DNA of 64,000 bases from Hemiscyllium ocellatum (GCF_020745735.1 NC_083403.1:103936378-104000377); one strand, 5' to 3'. Counted from the stretch's first letter, positions 26,719 through 41,585 are shown. Notes: a model not told the origin generated them from the letters alone. Numbers and translations are program-made.

Positions 26719-29700
26719 GTATTCCAAATAACTTTCAACATGGTTGTAGGAACAGGTTGTAGGCCATTCAGCCTTTTCAGGCCTGCTCACCCATTCTGTT
26801 AGATCAGGGTTGATCTGTGCCTCAATGTCATTTATCCTTCTTAGCTGCATGGCCCTAGTAGCACAAACAGTTCAATCTGACCCTCTTTCAGACTTGTCCA
26901 CTTGAGAAATTACAAGCCAAATTCAGACCGTGCCATTGAACTCCCTGTGTCCTGATATTGTTTGGGTGAATCTGCACTGCCCTCCTCCCCCAAATAAATC
27001 CGAAAATCCAACCTATTACAGGCTCTCCAATCCAGAAGGTTGGGGTCAAGTCATTTCTGAATTTCAGAATTTTAGTGAATGAACTGAAGAACACCATGGA
27101 TATACCACAAAAATAAGCCTTTGAAATCTCGAGGAATCCTTCCAAAAATGGGAATCCACTTGCAGGCTTAGTATAAATATGACCTGCAGCTAATTGCCTA
27201 TTGCTATCGGTGATCAAAGTTTGAAATGTGAAAACAAATCCAGTAATTCAAATTAAATCAGTGTGCCATGTTTTATTGAATGTGTTTTGCAAGTATATCT
27301 TTAACCACAATCAAAATATTTTCAAAACCAGAAAAATCATTGTCTTTTGCATTGACAAGAAATAGGTCATTTAATTCATTGAGTCATTTTGGTTATGGTG
27401 CCATCATGAGGATTCCATGGTAACATTTGGTATTTTTGGTTTCAAAATCATCCCTCAACAACAGATCATCTTCCTCTCCTTTGAGTCTGGTAGTCCAGTT
27501 TTTGAACAATTTGATATTAGATTGTACCTTAACAACTCAATTTGATGACAACGTCATACAAAAATTCAAGCAGGATTCCTTGTGAAACTTTTTTTTTAAT
27601 TAACCATCTAATGATTTTGTTTGGTGCAGCCATCATCCTTGAACGGCTTTTTGTTGCACACATCTGAAGCTTGAACTGTGGAATTTTGACTTCTCCATTT
27701 ATACACTTGTTTATTTCTTAGTCAGTGCTTTTTGGTCTCATCGGTTATATGGAATCTGAACATGACCCACAGGAGGCCACTGTGTCCTTTATGCAGGCAA
27801 CTGGAGCACTCATTTCACCCAATTTTGATGCAGAATTTCACTCCACCCTCATCCTTCTAGCCATTGTGCGCAAAAACTCCTGCAGCAAACTTAATTTTCA
27901 GTATGTTTTTATATTTGATAAAAACTTCCGAAAATTATTGTAGACTTTAATTTTGTTCCGCTGACAATGCAGCATAATATCTCTGAATCCTGTCTTATTA
28001 TAGAATCATAGAAAGCTTAAGGCACAGAAAGAGGCCACTATGCCTGATTTGGTCGTAATGTCTTAAAAACAAACCACCTATCCTAATCCCACATGTTACA
28101 GCACTCAAGGTTCACATCCAGACATCTTTTAAATTAGTTGAAGGTTTCTGCCTCTCTTTTTCTTTTGGGCAGTGAGTTACAGACCACTACCACCCTCTCT
28201 TTCCTGACCAATCCTTTAATCTTTCTATCAATCTCATTTAAATCTATGCCCGTAATTGCTGAACTCTCTGCTCAGGTAAATAGGCATTTCCCATAATTCT
28301 ATTCAGACCCCCTCACACTTTTGTACCTCTTAACTAACTTTCCCCAACCACATGTAATCCAAGCCTATCTGATCATTCCTCACTCTTGCACTTTCCAGTC
28401 CCAGCATCATCCTCCATAAGTCTCCTTTAAAGCCTTGCTCATGCTGTTACACCTTTTTATTAATGATTTGGCCAGAATTACACACCATTCTCAAGCTGTG
28501 GCCAAACTAACTAAGGAAAACATTTCACATGCTGCCTGAGCTACTTTACCAACTACATTTGGAGTTCTATGGACATTCCCTTCAAGGTCACACTTGTGGA
28601 TCCCTTTGGTATGTTTGGCCTCCCCAAGTGCATCAATTTGCGCTTCTCCAGGCTAAATTCCATTTGTCACTGCAACCTACCTGACCAGTTCTGCAGTTTT
28701 CAATAGAACTGTTTTTGAACCTTTACTTTCCATAGTTCATTTACTAGAGGTGTTTCACTTATATCTCTAATGTGGAATAATGGGCACCCATGCTTTTTCC
28801 TATCACTTGATGAATTGCTGGAAACTGGTAACTTTAGCAGAGAGATTTCTTCATAGAGATCAACTGATCTTTGTCTTCTGCACAAAATATTTTCATTCCA
28901 AAAAGCACTTCTTTTCCTCTTAAGTGGGAGACTCCTTATTTGTAAATAGGGTGAAATGATTGCCTAGTGGTATTATCTCCACTATGCAGAATCAAGTTTT
29001 TTTTTAAAAAACCTGGAATTAAGAGTCTAACAATGACCACAAATCCACTGTTGATTTTTGGAGGAAAAACCCATCTGATTTACAAATGTCCCTTAGGGAA
29101 GGCAGCTGCCATTTTTACCTGTGACTTCAGACCCAAGCAATGTGGTTGACTTTTAACTGCCCTCTGGGCAATGAGGGATGGGCAATAAGTGCTGGCCTAG
29201 CCAATGATACCCACATCTCATGAATAAGGGAAAAAAAGTAGTTATTTGTTCCTTAGTCATAAAGCAATAATAGCTAATACAAATAATTTCACTTATCCCA
29301 ATATGAAATTTATGTTCCATTTCCTAAAATACAGTTGTAGAAGGATGCTGTAGGTTGTTTTGGATTGCTGCAGCATTTCTAGATAATTGGAGTCTACAAG
29401 CAATAGATTTCCACACTGGAAGGCTACAGTTACATCATTTGAGATACAGTGCCCAGAATCAAATGCACTAGACCTAATGGGACCAAAACTCTAGAATGAA
29501 TTGCAACTTCCTTCTCTTGGTAAACCAGCTTCTTTAGGCCACTGGTCCCCAAACCCATTAGCTTATTTTGATTTTGCTTGGCACGTGATTGCTAGCTTTT
29601 AATGATTTCAATACTTGGAATCTCAAATCTCTCTGCAGTTCCTTGTTTGTAAGCATTTAGAAAGTATTATACTTCAATTTATCTATCTTTGATTCACTTT

Positions 29701-30087
29701 TTCACACTGGGATGCGAATGTGTTTGTGCCTACTTTAAGTAACCTCTGGAGGTATAGCTGTAGATTTAATAGTGGGCATTCACTGTCACCCTGAGTGCTG
29801 GGAATGTTATGAAATCCCCCGAAACATGAAAAACCAATATTCCTGTCAAATACCCAGACCTAACTGTTTGTCAGAGACCAAGATGTAACAAATTCTTGAG
29901 CACTTTGAGCTTCTGTTTGCTTTTAGTGCAAGCACTATGTAAGGGAATGTCGTTATCTCAACACATTCCTCCCAGAAACATGTTAACAAAATTGTATAAG
30001 TGTGATAAGATAGAATGCGATTATACAGAACTTAAATGTATCTGCTATTAATGTTATATTAAATGTCCTTCATTATTTCATGTACAG

Positions 30088-30201
30088 GGTATAGATGTTC
30101 CACAAGAAACATGGTATTGGTTACCCACTTCCATTGATGATGATGGTGGAAAGGAGGAAGATGAAGAATCAAGTGGACAAGATTATGAAATGATTCACAC
30201 A
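30088..30201 (+). CDS. GPATCH11: GPATCH11 exon 6
   Basis: GIDVPQETWYWLP followed by an acidic tract; CAG/GT. Confidence 0.9.
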
Positions 30202-31094
30202 GTAAAAGTCTATTTTATCAGAACTTATTAAAGTCTTCGTTAAAGATTGTGTACAATAATTAAGAGACATGTTTTCCTGGTTCCTACTGGCCTCAACTCG
30301 ATCAGTAACACCCATCCCTTCATTGAACCCATCCACACTTTAATGTGTAGCAGTTTTACCTCAGAGGGTTGGGAATTCAAGTCTTCCTTCATTTCCTTAA
30401 GTGCAAAATAAGGGTGATATTCTAATGCAGCACCAACGGACTGTTGCAGTGTCAAAGGTGCACTTTTTGGATGAGACCTTGAAACAAGGCCCTGTCTCTC
30501 TGCATAGGTGAATGCAGATGATTTTGTGGCATTATTTGAGAACAAGCAGGAGAAATTCTCCTGGTAACCTGACCATATTTATCCCTCATCTGACAACAGG
30601 TTATCTATTTATGACATTGCTGTTTGTCAAGTCTTGCTGTGCACAATTTGACTGCAGTGTTCCCTCTCCTCAATCATTAACAAGTGTTCTCATTAAAATA
30701 TTGCATTTCAAAAAGTGACTGTGAAAAGCTATGAAAAGTGTTTAACTCATGAAAGCTGATTTTTAAATGGAAATTCTTTTAAACTACATGATATTTGGCT
30801 GTTGTCATCATCCCACATTGCCTGAAGCCATTTGGACAAAAGTTACACCCTTCACCTCATATAGGAACACAGTGGATCTGATGTAGGAGAAGGCAACACA
30901 TTATTAATCTGGTGTGTGGGAGTACAGTGAGTGACCACATCAGGATCACACAATTACAATGGGTTTGAACGTCTGCAGTAGGGGAGCACAGTGGACTACC
31001 ACTTGTGGATTGCAGGAATGTGATGTGTTGTCAAGTTGTCATTTTCTTTGTAGAAGATAAGCTTGTTAATTGGAGTAGTGTTTTCTTTTTTCAG

Positions 31095-31176
31095 ACTGAG
31101 GAAAAACTGCTGATTTTGACCAGATATCTCAGGAGGAAATACTTTTACTGTGTCTGGTGTGCAATTTCTTACCAAG
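31095..31176 (+). CDS. GPATCH11: GPATCH11 exon 7 (DUF4187-type region)
   Basis: TEEKLLILTRYLRRKYFYCVWCAISYQ. Confidence 0.94.
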
Positions 31177-33537
31177 GTAAAAATACACTGTACCTATTTT
31201 TAGAAAGTTTTGAGATTGTTGCATGCTTCCTTTTATTCCCATTCTACAGAAGTGAAGTATTCTGGTTTGTATGGTTAACTATAAGAGTTGAGTTGATTTC
31301 CCATAAATTATGTTTTATAACATTTCTTTTTAAAATCTGTTGCATAAATGTCCTTCAGCCCATTAAAATTCCAAACACTGGGCTGTTCAGTATCCAACTG
31401 TATTTTGAATATCCCTCTTTTGTATTTGACAAATAATGCAAAGTAGTTTTCTTGTTTTGTGATGTATTTTACCTACTACATGTTTCACTGGAGTGGACTG
31501 CTTTTATTTTGCATCTTACATGACCTCAATATCTTGAAACCATTTGTAGCCTGTTTTCTTCTTTTTTGAACTGCAGCCAACACTCTTATGGAGCTGAGGG
31601 CCTAAGCAGCTAATAGCTTGTCTCAGCATTAGGGAGGAAGAAGTGATAAATGTCCCAGAAACCAGAGCTAGAGGAAACAGAAATCAGAGGATTGCAGTGC
31701 AAAATTTGTGCTGATTTCTACAGCTTCTTCCCTGACACCCCCACTCCATCTTCCCTCAATTAACACAGCATCCCAGTTCTTAATTTCCATTCATCTCATC
31801 TGGTCCTACATGGGGTCTTTGAAATGGCAGATGGGAGCAGTCCATGTCCAAATGCAATAAGATTGGGGCAATATCAGGCTTGTGCTGTAAAGAGGCAAAC
31901 AATTGCCAAGCAATGGCCATCTCCAATAAATTATAATCTGACCACCTTTGGCATTCAGTGGCTTTACCATCACTGAATCCCCCACTCTTAACATCTTGAC
32001 GGTTACTACTGACCAGAAACTCATTGGACTCCCCAAAGTAGTATAATGGCTGCAAGAGCAGGTCAGAGGCTAGGAATACTGAAACAAGTAAATGCCCTCC
32101 TGACTTCCCAAAGTCTGTCTACCATCTGTAAAGCACAAGTCAGGAGTGTAATGGAATGCCCCTCACTTGCCTGGATGAATGCAACTCTGACAACACTCAA
32201 AGTTTGATACTATCCAGAACAAAGCAGCCCACTTGATTGGCATCCATAAACATCACCACTGATGCTCAATAGCAACAGTGTGTACTGTCTGTAAGATAAC
32301 AATGAGGAAATTCACCAAACATCCTTTAGCAACATGTTCCAAACCCACGACCACCTCCATCTTGAAGAGCAAGGGTAGCAGATAAGTGGGAGCACCGCTA
32401 ATTGCAAATTCCCTTCCAAGCCACTCACCATCTTGACTTGACAACATGTTGCTGTTCATTTGTGTCAAATTCCAGGTATTGTGAGTCTGCCTCTACACAT
32501 GGACTGCAATGGTTAAAGAAGGCAGCTCATTGCCACCTTAAGGGCAACTGGGCAATAAATGCGGCCCAGCCAGCAACACACTGGTCCCACAAGTGAAGGT
32601 TTTAAAAATGCCTTCATCAAACATCCTGTTTCCTCCCTACTCTTTATCCTGTCCAGAGGTGGTATTTCACTTTACTCATTCAACAAAATGAATTGCCTTC
32701 AACACCATTACATCCTCTTTAAATACCGAGATCAAAACTGTGCACGGTACTCCAGGTGCAGCCCTATTAATACCATGTACACTAGTAATAAGATTTCCCT
32801 AGTTTTAAATTTTAACTCATTCTCAATAAAGACCAAAATTCCATTTGTCTGTTTAATTACTTGTTGCACTTGCATGCTAACTGCTTGTTTTGTGGCCAAG
32901 AACTCCCAGATCCCTCTGCTGTGCTTGTTTGGAGTGTTCTTCCTTTTAAATAATGTCTGCCTTTTGATTCTTTCTATATCTGCCTAACCCCTTGTTTTTC
33001 TATATTAAACTCCACCTGCCAAGCTTTTGCCCATGCCCTCAACATATCTAATCCCCTTACAGATTCCTCAGGTCCTCATCATAACATGCCCTCCCACATT
33101 TTTGTATAACAGGCATATTTGGATGCATTATGCTCTGCCCCTCCAATTCATTCATATAGACAGTAAATAATTGAGACCTGAAGACTGATTCTTATGCCAT
33201 TCCACCAGTCTTTCCAATCTGAAAAAGACCCATTGATCTAAACTGTTTGTGTGTTAACCAATCTTTAATCCATGCCAATACAGAACCACCCAAAACTCAG
33301 CTCCCTCTTGTGCTAAATTATTGCACCTTATCGTAAATCTGAATGCATTAAGTTTATTGGTTCCCCTTTCTCAACTCTGCTTATGTCCTCATCGAGCTCT
33401 AGCAAATTTGTCAAACATACTCCCCATACACAAAACCATGTTGACTCTGTTCGTGTTAATATTTTCAAAATATCCTGCTGTTTCACATTTGCTTCTTTCC
33501 AGCATTTTGAAAAAATGTTGCTTATGATTTGTGGCAG

Positions 33538-33593
33538 ATGAGGAGGACCTGTCTGATAACTGTCCTGGGGATTGTGCTGCTGACCACTGCTGA
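33538..33593 (+). CDS. GPATCH11: GPATCH11 final coding exon
   Basis: DEEDLSDNCPGDCAADHC-stop; the eight exons sum to 813 nt = 270 aa + stop. Confidence 0.93.
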
Positions 33594-34387
33594 CTGATGA
33601 AGCGCACTGAAGAGTAGACAGAAATAGCACTGATGGTGGCAGCTCTGGAACTGTTGTGCTGAAACTGGAATGGAGTGTTCTGAATATGAAAAAAAACTTC
33701 CAAAACTCAGTTGTCAATTCCAAGCTGGATGCTGATGGCAACAGTGTGTGTTCTAACTTGTATTTGAAGAAGATGAACTAAATGATGCCATTTTGACAGA
33801 TGGGCTACAGTACATGTAAAATATTTATGTTTTTGTTATTTTACATTAAAGTACCTCTGTATTTATTGACTTGTATTGTGTGGCTTTGTTTGCCTGAAAA
33901 CAATTCACTGGGAATACTGCCTTTGTCGTTTTGAAATTTCAGTTTGTGGATCAAAGCCTGTTAAGTCTGAATCCCGACAAGGTACAGCAAGATCTTTTCA
34001 TGGTCTGACATGAAGACAGCTGAGTGCAAAGGTAAATGGATATGTGTAGATGATGGGAAAGATTAAGAAGATAAGATGTTTTCATTCTTGTTCACAAATT
34101 TACAATGGAATCATTAGCAGTTTTGTGCTTAGAAGTTAGTTATAATATTCATCTATCTCGCCTATACCCGAGATCAGTCAGAGGGCAATTGCTTGTAAAT
34201 TTCAGATTCCTCATCAATGATGATTTGTTCTGTAATCTTTGTTAAAGGATAAAGCCTAGTGTGTGGTAAATATGTGCTGGACACATGATTAATATCAGTT
34301 TTTCAATCTACTGCAGATTTTTCATTTTAGATTCTATATTCCCTATTACTCTTCTGTTTCTGTTTGTATATAAATTACAGATTTAAA

Positions 34388-34393
34388 AATAAA
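34388..34393 (+). terminator. Candidate GPATCH11 polyadenylation signal
   Basis: AATAAA ~800 nt after the stop, followed by T/GT-rich sequence. Confidence 0.45.
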
Positions 34394-34740
34394 CTGTTTT
34401 TGCTTCATGCCTTTTGTGCAATGATTATCAGATTGAATAGTAACAGAAAAATAACATATATGTAACATACCCTAGCCTTCATATTATAACAGTGACACTC
34501 TGAAAGTATTACTTCTATAGAGCATGATAGGATGTGCTTGGGTTGTGAAAAGTGTTATAGATATTCACATTATTTCTTGCTTTGTATTTTAGTGTTTAGA
34601 TCATTCTCCCATCCTTATTTGATATCTGCTAACTGAAATAAAGAAAGAAACTGTATTTACATGGTGCGTTCCATAACCTCTGTCTTCAGAGCTTCACAGC
34701 TAATCAAGTACTTTTAAAGTGTAGTAGTGACCCTTGTAAT

Positions 34741-35686
34741 TCAGAAAGTAAGGAGGCATGGGATACAAGGAAACCTGTGTCTGGATACAGAATTGGTTGG
34801 CCCATAGAAGACAGAGGGTGGTGGGAGATGAAACGTCTTCAGCTTGGAGTTCAGTGACCAGTGTGTTCCACAAAGATCTGTTCTGGGATCTCTGCTCTTT
34901 GTGATTTTTATAAATGACTTAGATGAGGAAGTGGAAGGATGGGTTAGTAAGTTTGCCAATGGCATGAAGGTTGGTGGAGTTGTGGATAGTGTGCAGGGTT
35001 AAAGGCAGGACTCTTGGCAATGTGGGGGAACAGAGGGATCTTGCGGTCCATGTCCATGGATCACTCAAAGTTGCCAATCGATTAATAGGGTTGTTAAGGC
35101 ATTTGGTGCATTGGCTTTCATTAGCAGGAGAGTTGAGTTTAAGAGTCGTGAGCTTATGCTGAAGCTCTGTAGAGCCCTGCTTAGACCATACTTGGAATAT
35201 TGTGTTCAGTTCTAGTTGTCACATTATAGGAAAGATGTGGAAGCTTTAGGAAGGGTGCAGAGGAGATTTACCAGGATACTGCTTGGACTGGAGGGCATGC
35301 CTTATGAAGAAAGGTTGAGGGAGCTACAGGTTTTCTTATTGGAACAAAGAAGGATGAGACGTGACTTGATAGAGGTGTACAAGATAATGAGAGGCATAGA
35401 TATAGTGGACAGCTAGAGATTTTTTCCCATGGCAGAAATGTCTATCACAATCGGACATAATTTTCAGGTTATTGGAGGAAGGTTTAGGAGAGGTGTCAGA
35501 GGAAAGTTCTTTACCACCAATGCTGGCAGTGCATTCCACATACCCACCACTCTGTGTAGAGTCAGATGCAATAGGGACAATAACGCGACTCGGATTGGAC
35601 ACGCAAGGTAGTACAATGAAGTGCATGTAGGTTAGTCTGATCTTGGACTAGGACTGAAGGGCCTGTACTGTGCTATGTTTTATGTA
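34741..35686 (+). mobile_element. CR1-type LINE fragment with internal deletions
   Basis: RT QGSVLG-like motif and C-terminal VQRRFTRILLGLEG..DLIEVYKIMRG. Confidence 0.82.
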
Positions 35687-35734
35687 ATATAGAAATTGAA
35701 TCCACAAATTGGGAAGAGCCAAGACATAGTGAAT

Positions 35735-36200
35735 TTTGAGAAGATTTGTAGCTCAGGTTGAGGTTTTGGATGTAGGTTTGCTCGCTGAGCTGGAAGGTTC
35801 ATTTCCAATGTTTCGTCACCCTACAAGGTAACAGCGTCAGTGGCCTCAGGCGAAGCACTGCTGAACATTCCTGCTTTCTATTTATGTTTGGGTTGGTGGT
35901 GTCATTTCCTGTGGTGATGTCGTTTCCTGTGGTGAAGTCACTTCCTATTATTTTTCTCAGGGGGTGGTAGATGGGGTCTAACTCGATGTGTTTGTTGATA
36001 GAGTTCCGGTTGGAATGCCATGCTTCTAGAATTCTCATGCGTGTCTTTGTTTGGCTTGTCCTAGTGTGGATGTGTTGTCCCAGTCGAACTAGTGTTCTTC
36101 CTTGTCCGTATGTGAGGATACTAGTGAGAGAGGGTCATGTCTTTTTGTGGCTTGTTGGTGGAAATGAACCTCCCAGCTCAGTGAGCAAACCTACATCCAA
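35735..36200 (-). mobile_element. Penelope/Poseidon-like 3' fragment (family B) with short inverted terminal piece
   Basis: Endonuclease tail RILEAWHSNRNSINKH; decayed hammerhead at ~35805-35845; 36160-36200 is the reverse complement of ~35765-35807. Confidence 0.7.
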
Positions 36201-37788
36201 AGTCAAGACATTTCCATTCCTTACACAATATCAAACTCCACCATATCTTCATTATAATGGCTAGCTCTTTCCTCAGCATTAACTCGTATATATCTGTCTA
36301 CTTTCTAGATAACCACCTTATCTTTTGGAAAGGATATTCCAGATTGCTGCTCGTTTTTATGTGGAAAAAATGCTTTCTGATTTCCTGAGTGGCCCATTTT
36401 AAGATTCTATGCCCTTGTTCTTGAGTTCTCCACTAGATAATCTTCAACCAAGCCCTTGGTCATCCTTCCCAATCTTTCCCACCATTTGTTCCACTAAGTG
36501 TCTTTATTTCTGCTTTGGGATATTTCCTAGATTAAAGGGCACAAGTTATTTCTGTATTTGGAGCAGCCTATACTTTTAACATTTTCCCTGTGATTTGAAG
36601 GTTGGAATCATTTGTGTATATAAACAGACAAAATGTCGCATTCTAACAAAGTGTGCTGCTCTGGAAAGTAACATCACTTGTGCCAATTGTTGTGCACTCC
36701 TGCCTGTCTGGGCATTAGGAGGGGAGGAGGAAATTACTAAAACTGAGGATTAGGCTGAACATTTGCCCTCAAGTGGTGAGTTAAAGGATGCACAACGAAA
36801 GAGTTGATAAGAATTTAAACACAGGAATGAATGTGTTAAATTGTAGGCATTGGGGAGATTTTGAGCCTGTGTAGATCAACAAGAACATGGGCATTAGGTG
36901 AATGGAACCTGGTGTCTTATAGGGCACAGAAAGCAGAGTTTTGGGTGAGGTGTGATTTATAGGTGATAGGGAACTGGCCGAGGGAGCAGTTGATTGTTGA
37001 GTCCGTAGGTAACTAAGACATGCTTGAGGGTTTGAGCAGCAAATGAACATAGGCAAGACAGAGGTGGTCAAAGCCGTAGAAGGGGGAAGTAGGTGGTCTC
37101 TGGTGACGAAGAAATGCAGCACTCAGAAGCAGAGTTTGAAGTCAGGATTGTCAGTTGTCCAGCTAACTCTGAAGCAAAGCTGGGAAGAGGGTTGGAATCG
37201 GTGAACCTTCTATCAAGTCTCCACCTGTTTTAAACCAATAACCCTAGAGTTGACTTGTTAGACATTTAACTTCCACTTTAGCTCTAATGTAACTGATAAA
37301 TAACGTGACTCAGCTCACTACAAATTACCATGTCCACCACTGCCAAGTCCTGACTATCCATTCCCTGATCCCAAATCTGACTATCCATTCCCATCTCCTC
37401 TTTCACCACCATCACTCTCCCATCCACAATGTAAACTATTGGTCTCCCCATTGAATCATTTGAGAATTTTAAGATCACTTCTTAATACAACAGCTCATTT
37501 AATATTTGCAAAATGTGCCATGCACCCTCTCTGGTCCTGTCTGCCAGTCTTCTCCAAGATTGTGATGAGACTTTGTAGTTTCAGCTGGGTTGAATGTGCA
37601 TTTCATTTATTGGTACAATGATTTCTGCAGTCAGCAATGATGTGCATGGCATCACCACTGATCAGAAGATATGGCCCAAGTTATCTACCTTTGTCCAATA
37701 TCACTTAATATCTTTGGTTAACAAAACTTTCAATCTCAGAATTAAACTTTGTGCCAAATGTCATTTGTAGGACAAAGTTCCAAATATC

Positions 37789-37791
<3 letters not shown>

Positions 37792-37830
<39 letters not shown>
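37792..37830. repeat. (TG)19 microsatellite
   Basis: Uninterrupted TG run. Confidence 0.98.
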
Positions 37831-37833
<3 letters not shown>

Positions 37834-38242
37834 TATTTCCTACGTTTGTTCATCAAAGGACTGAACATGATGTTTGATGGTTCAGAACTTGAGTATTATT
37901 GAAAGAATGCACATTTTGCTGAAACTTCTCATATTACACTTATGATCCCAGTTGATGCAATTACTGGACAAGTCAGATTCCAGACTGAAATCTGGCTTGA
38001 CAAATCTATTTTGTTTTTTCTTTCTGTAACATGGTCTTTCACTGAAACAGAAGCGCGTGATGCTGGTTTGTTTTAACATTCAACGATGTTCATTATTAGG
38101 TAAATGAAGTTAAGATGAAATAGAATAAATAGAAAATAAAGTTGCATGTAACAGTTCGAAAGATTTCAAAGCAGATATTTAAATTCAATTTCATCTAACC
38201 CAACATATTATAGTAGGGAGGTTTTGGTCAAACTTTACTAGT

Positions 38243-39740
38243 CAGTAATTGAAATACCACCGCAGAGGCTGATAACTCATCCCCGAGTCACCCTTTATTC
38301 ACATGCACATCCTACTTGACACTGATCTGACTGAACAGAATCGCTGGTGTGCCTGTTTATATCTGTCAGCCCACACTCCCTGATTGGGGCTGTTAATCCG
38401 GTCCAATCAGAAACCACCATTCCATGAGATCCACCTGGCTGACCTCGTTACAATCACTACATCCATTCCCCTCCTAAGTTCAGGGACATAAGCCTGTTCT
38501 TCACCTGATTGTCTCTCCTGGTTCCTCCTACTCAGCCTCACATGCAAACAGTGTGTACCAGACCGTAGCTCTCCTTGTGCACCTGGATCATCTCAGAAGA
38601 AATTCATTCTCTTCAGGCAGTAAAAACATCAGGGTTGTGACATCCACCATGTCCATCTCAGACTCCAAGGTTTCTTCAATGCTAGAAGGCAGGGGAGAAC
38701 TCGTCAGTTCCAACAGTCTTTGCACGTGTTCCAAGGGACAGGGTAGATTTTGCTTCTACTCCATTTGCAAGTTTACAGTTTTCATGTGGTCCACATGCTT
38801 GTTCAGGACTGCCTCACCTATTTGAACTTTACATGTCATGGCACCTGACCTCACCTCTTACCCATTTCTGTGGTTTTAGCACCAAATGTCTTCCCCTGAG
38901 GTAAACTGTCTCTCTCACCTAAAGGAATTTTGTGTCCCCTGACACTGTTCCCCCACTGCACCCCACCCTATGTTGGGGAAGATCAGGTTTAACCTGGTGC
39001 AAGCTGTTTTCCCCATGTGCAACTCTGCTGGAGCTACCCCTATGGTTGCATGAGGGGTGGTCTGATAAATAAATAGAAACCCAGTTTTGAGTGAAGCTAT
39101 AGGCTGTTTCTTTAAATCTGCTTTCAAACTTTGGACTGCTCTTTCTGCCAGGCTTTTGGATGATGGATGGTATGGAGCTGACTTTGGGAAATACTCAAAT
39201 TCCCTGCTGGTAAAATAAGGCCGGTGTCTGTGACCAACACTTCCAGGACCCAAGCATTGCAAAACCCATGTGCAGTTTTTCTATTGTTGTCCCCGTGTTT
39301 GACAAGTGAAGTCTACACATGTACAATATTCCCGATGAAGGGCTTATCCTTGAAAGATCAACTCCTCTGTTCCTGATGCTGCCTGACCTGCTGTGCTTTT
39401 CTAGCCCCACACATTTTCACTTTGAGTGGGAGTCCACAACGACTAAGAACATTGAGTCCATGAAAGGAGCAGCATAATTGATATGTAACTGAGTGCAGGG
39501 TTTACCCAGTCATTCTCACGAATGTGGAAGAATTTCTGGCAGTAATTTTTATCCTTGTTGGTACTCTTGCCCCACCAACACGGCTATGTCTGCACCCAAT
39601 CCCGGTGACCAAACCTCTTGCCAACATCTTCATTTTGGACACCCCGGCATGACCCTGGTGGAGGTCAGCCCGTATCTGCTGGCAACTTCTGCTCAGAACA
39701 ATCACTGTTGCTCCTCACAGTAAAATGCCATCCTCTACAG
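38243..39740 (-). mobile_element. Second Gypsy remnant: integrase plus short 3' LTR (~38243-38461)
   Basis: LHQGHAGVSKMKMLAR (Zn-binding region), APYHPSSKSLAERAVQSLK, YQTTPHATIGVAPAEL; purine tract then TGTAGT on the minus strand at 38461; family A repeat inserted at ~39328-39420. Confidence 0.75.
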
Positions 39741-39754
39741 TCGTGGTGCGAAGG

Positions 39755-40170
39755 TGATTGTGTTGGACTGGGGTGGCCAAAGTTAAAAATCACACAACAC
39801 CAGGTTATGGTGCAACAGGTTTATTTCGAAGCACTGGCTTTTGGAGTGCTGTTCCTTCATCAGGTAGCTGTGGAACAGGATCATAAGACACAAAATTTAT
39901 AGCAAAAGATCACAGTGCCATGTAACCAAAACGATATATTGAACAAACCTAGATTGCTGTTAAGTCTTTCATCTTTTAGAATGGGTTGCAGGCTTTGGTT
40001 CATTAATATGTAAATCCCAGAACTTCTTCCAAGTCACTTCCTCGACATAACAAGGTTTTATTAAAAAAAAGGTGACATCTCAGCTCAGACAATGCATTAA
40101 AGGTGTGAGGTTAGAGTTTGTCTGTATCCCAATCTTGAACCACACTGGTTCTATTTCCAAAGTAGGAATA
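39755..40170 (-). mobile_element. Penelope-type terminal region (family C)
   Basis: Matches 17655-17760; minus strand CTGATGA-AGGAACAGCACTCC-AAAAGCCA. Confidence 0.6.
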
Positions 40171-40989
40171 AGATGGCAGAGGTGGCAGGGTAGAGGTGTT
40201 CAGGCTCCTGGATCGTCCACTCCCTCTCATACGGCCAACCACATCCTTTATTTTTCTTCATTTAACTTTTGAATCAAATTTATTTTTTTCTCCTTTCGAT
40301 GGTGGTGGTGGTGGGGAGAGGTTGCAGGGAGCTGATGAGTGGTGGATCCAGCCCATTCTTTGTGGCCATGTGTGCAACTGTTCCAGTGTTAATGGATTGG
40401 GGTGGGTTCTTTTCCTTTGGTGTTTCAGTGGTATCTGCAATGGCGGTGAAGTGAGTGATCCCTGGATCCTTGGGAATTAATTTGGATGTTTTGTCGGGCA
40501 TCAGAAGTTGAGAATGGACGCAGTCCTTGAGAGTTGGGATAGTCTCCTGGCTGTGGTGGGGGGTAGAGTGTCAGCAGCAGAGGGACCTTTGGCAGAGACA
40601 GTATTCTGGCTCTGGTCGGGAGGGGTGGGGGAGTTGCTGCTTCAGCGTGCCTCCTCCTTGGTGTTGTGGCCTCAGGGATAGCTTTGGCATGTCAGGTAGC
40701 CATTTATGAAATCAAGAAGCTGTGGTCGGAACAAAACAAAATTGTCTTGACTTTATTTGCATTTTTAAAAAAAATAATTTATGTAATTAAAATGGTGCCT
40801 GATTAATTATGGTGATTTATACAGGTTTTACTGTATTTTCATAAATACAGGTAACGTGGACTGGACCAGCCCATGGAGGATAGACTTTAAGTGAAAAATA
40901 CTAAACCTGAGCTTGCAAAACTCTGTGCAAACAAATCTTTATGATCAATTATAGGGATTAAATGTTCAACCAGTCTGGACCTTTAGACG

Positions 40990-41178
40990 GGGAGAAAGTG
41001 AGGACGACAGATGCTGGAGATCAGAGTTGAAGAGTGTGGTGCTGGAAAAACACAGCCGTCAGGCAGCATCGAGGAGCAGGAGAATCGATGTTTTGAGCAT
41101 AAGTCCATCAGGAATGAAGAGCTTCTGCTCAAAACGTCGATTCTCCTGCTCCTCGGATGCTGCCTGACTGGCTGTGCT
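40990..41178. repeat. Inverted pair of family A terminal repeats
   Basis: 41052-41097 is reverse-complementary to ~41126-41176. Confidence 0.75.
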
Positions 41179-41256
41179 GGAACTTCAGAGAGTTTGAATC
41201 ACTCCACATGATATCACCAAGTTAGTGGAGATACTGGTTACAATGGAGGCTATGAG

Positions 41257-41585
41257 GCAACATGGTGGCTCAGTGGTTAGCACTGCTGCCTCTCAGCGCT
41301 AGCGACCTGGGTTCGATTCCAGCCTCAGGCAACTATTTGTGTAGGTTTTGCACATTCTCCCTGTGTCTGTATGGGTTTCCTCCGGGTGCTCCAGTTTCCA
41401 CGTGTGCAGGTCAGGTGAATTGGCCATGCTAAATTGCCCATAGTGTTCAGGGATGAGTAGGTTGGGTGCATTAGTCAGGGTAAATGTAGGGTAATGGGTC
41501 TAAGTGAGTTACTGTACTGAGGATCAGTGTGGACCTGTTAGGCCGAAGGTCCTGGATCTACACTGTTGGGATTCTATGATTCTTC
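41257..41585 (+). mobile_element. tRNA-derived SINE
   Basis: A/B boxes and conserved core. Confidence 0.85.

Noticed and set aside
40180-40715. Thr/Pro-rich minus-strand ORFs, possibly a LINE ORF1 remnant
   Set aside because: No diagnostic motif.
33943-40900. Exon-like segments at 33943-34031, 38051-38099 and ~40851
   Set aside because: Plausible splice signals but no recognisable protein or consistent frame; need RNA data.
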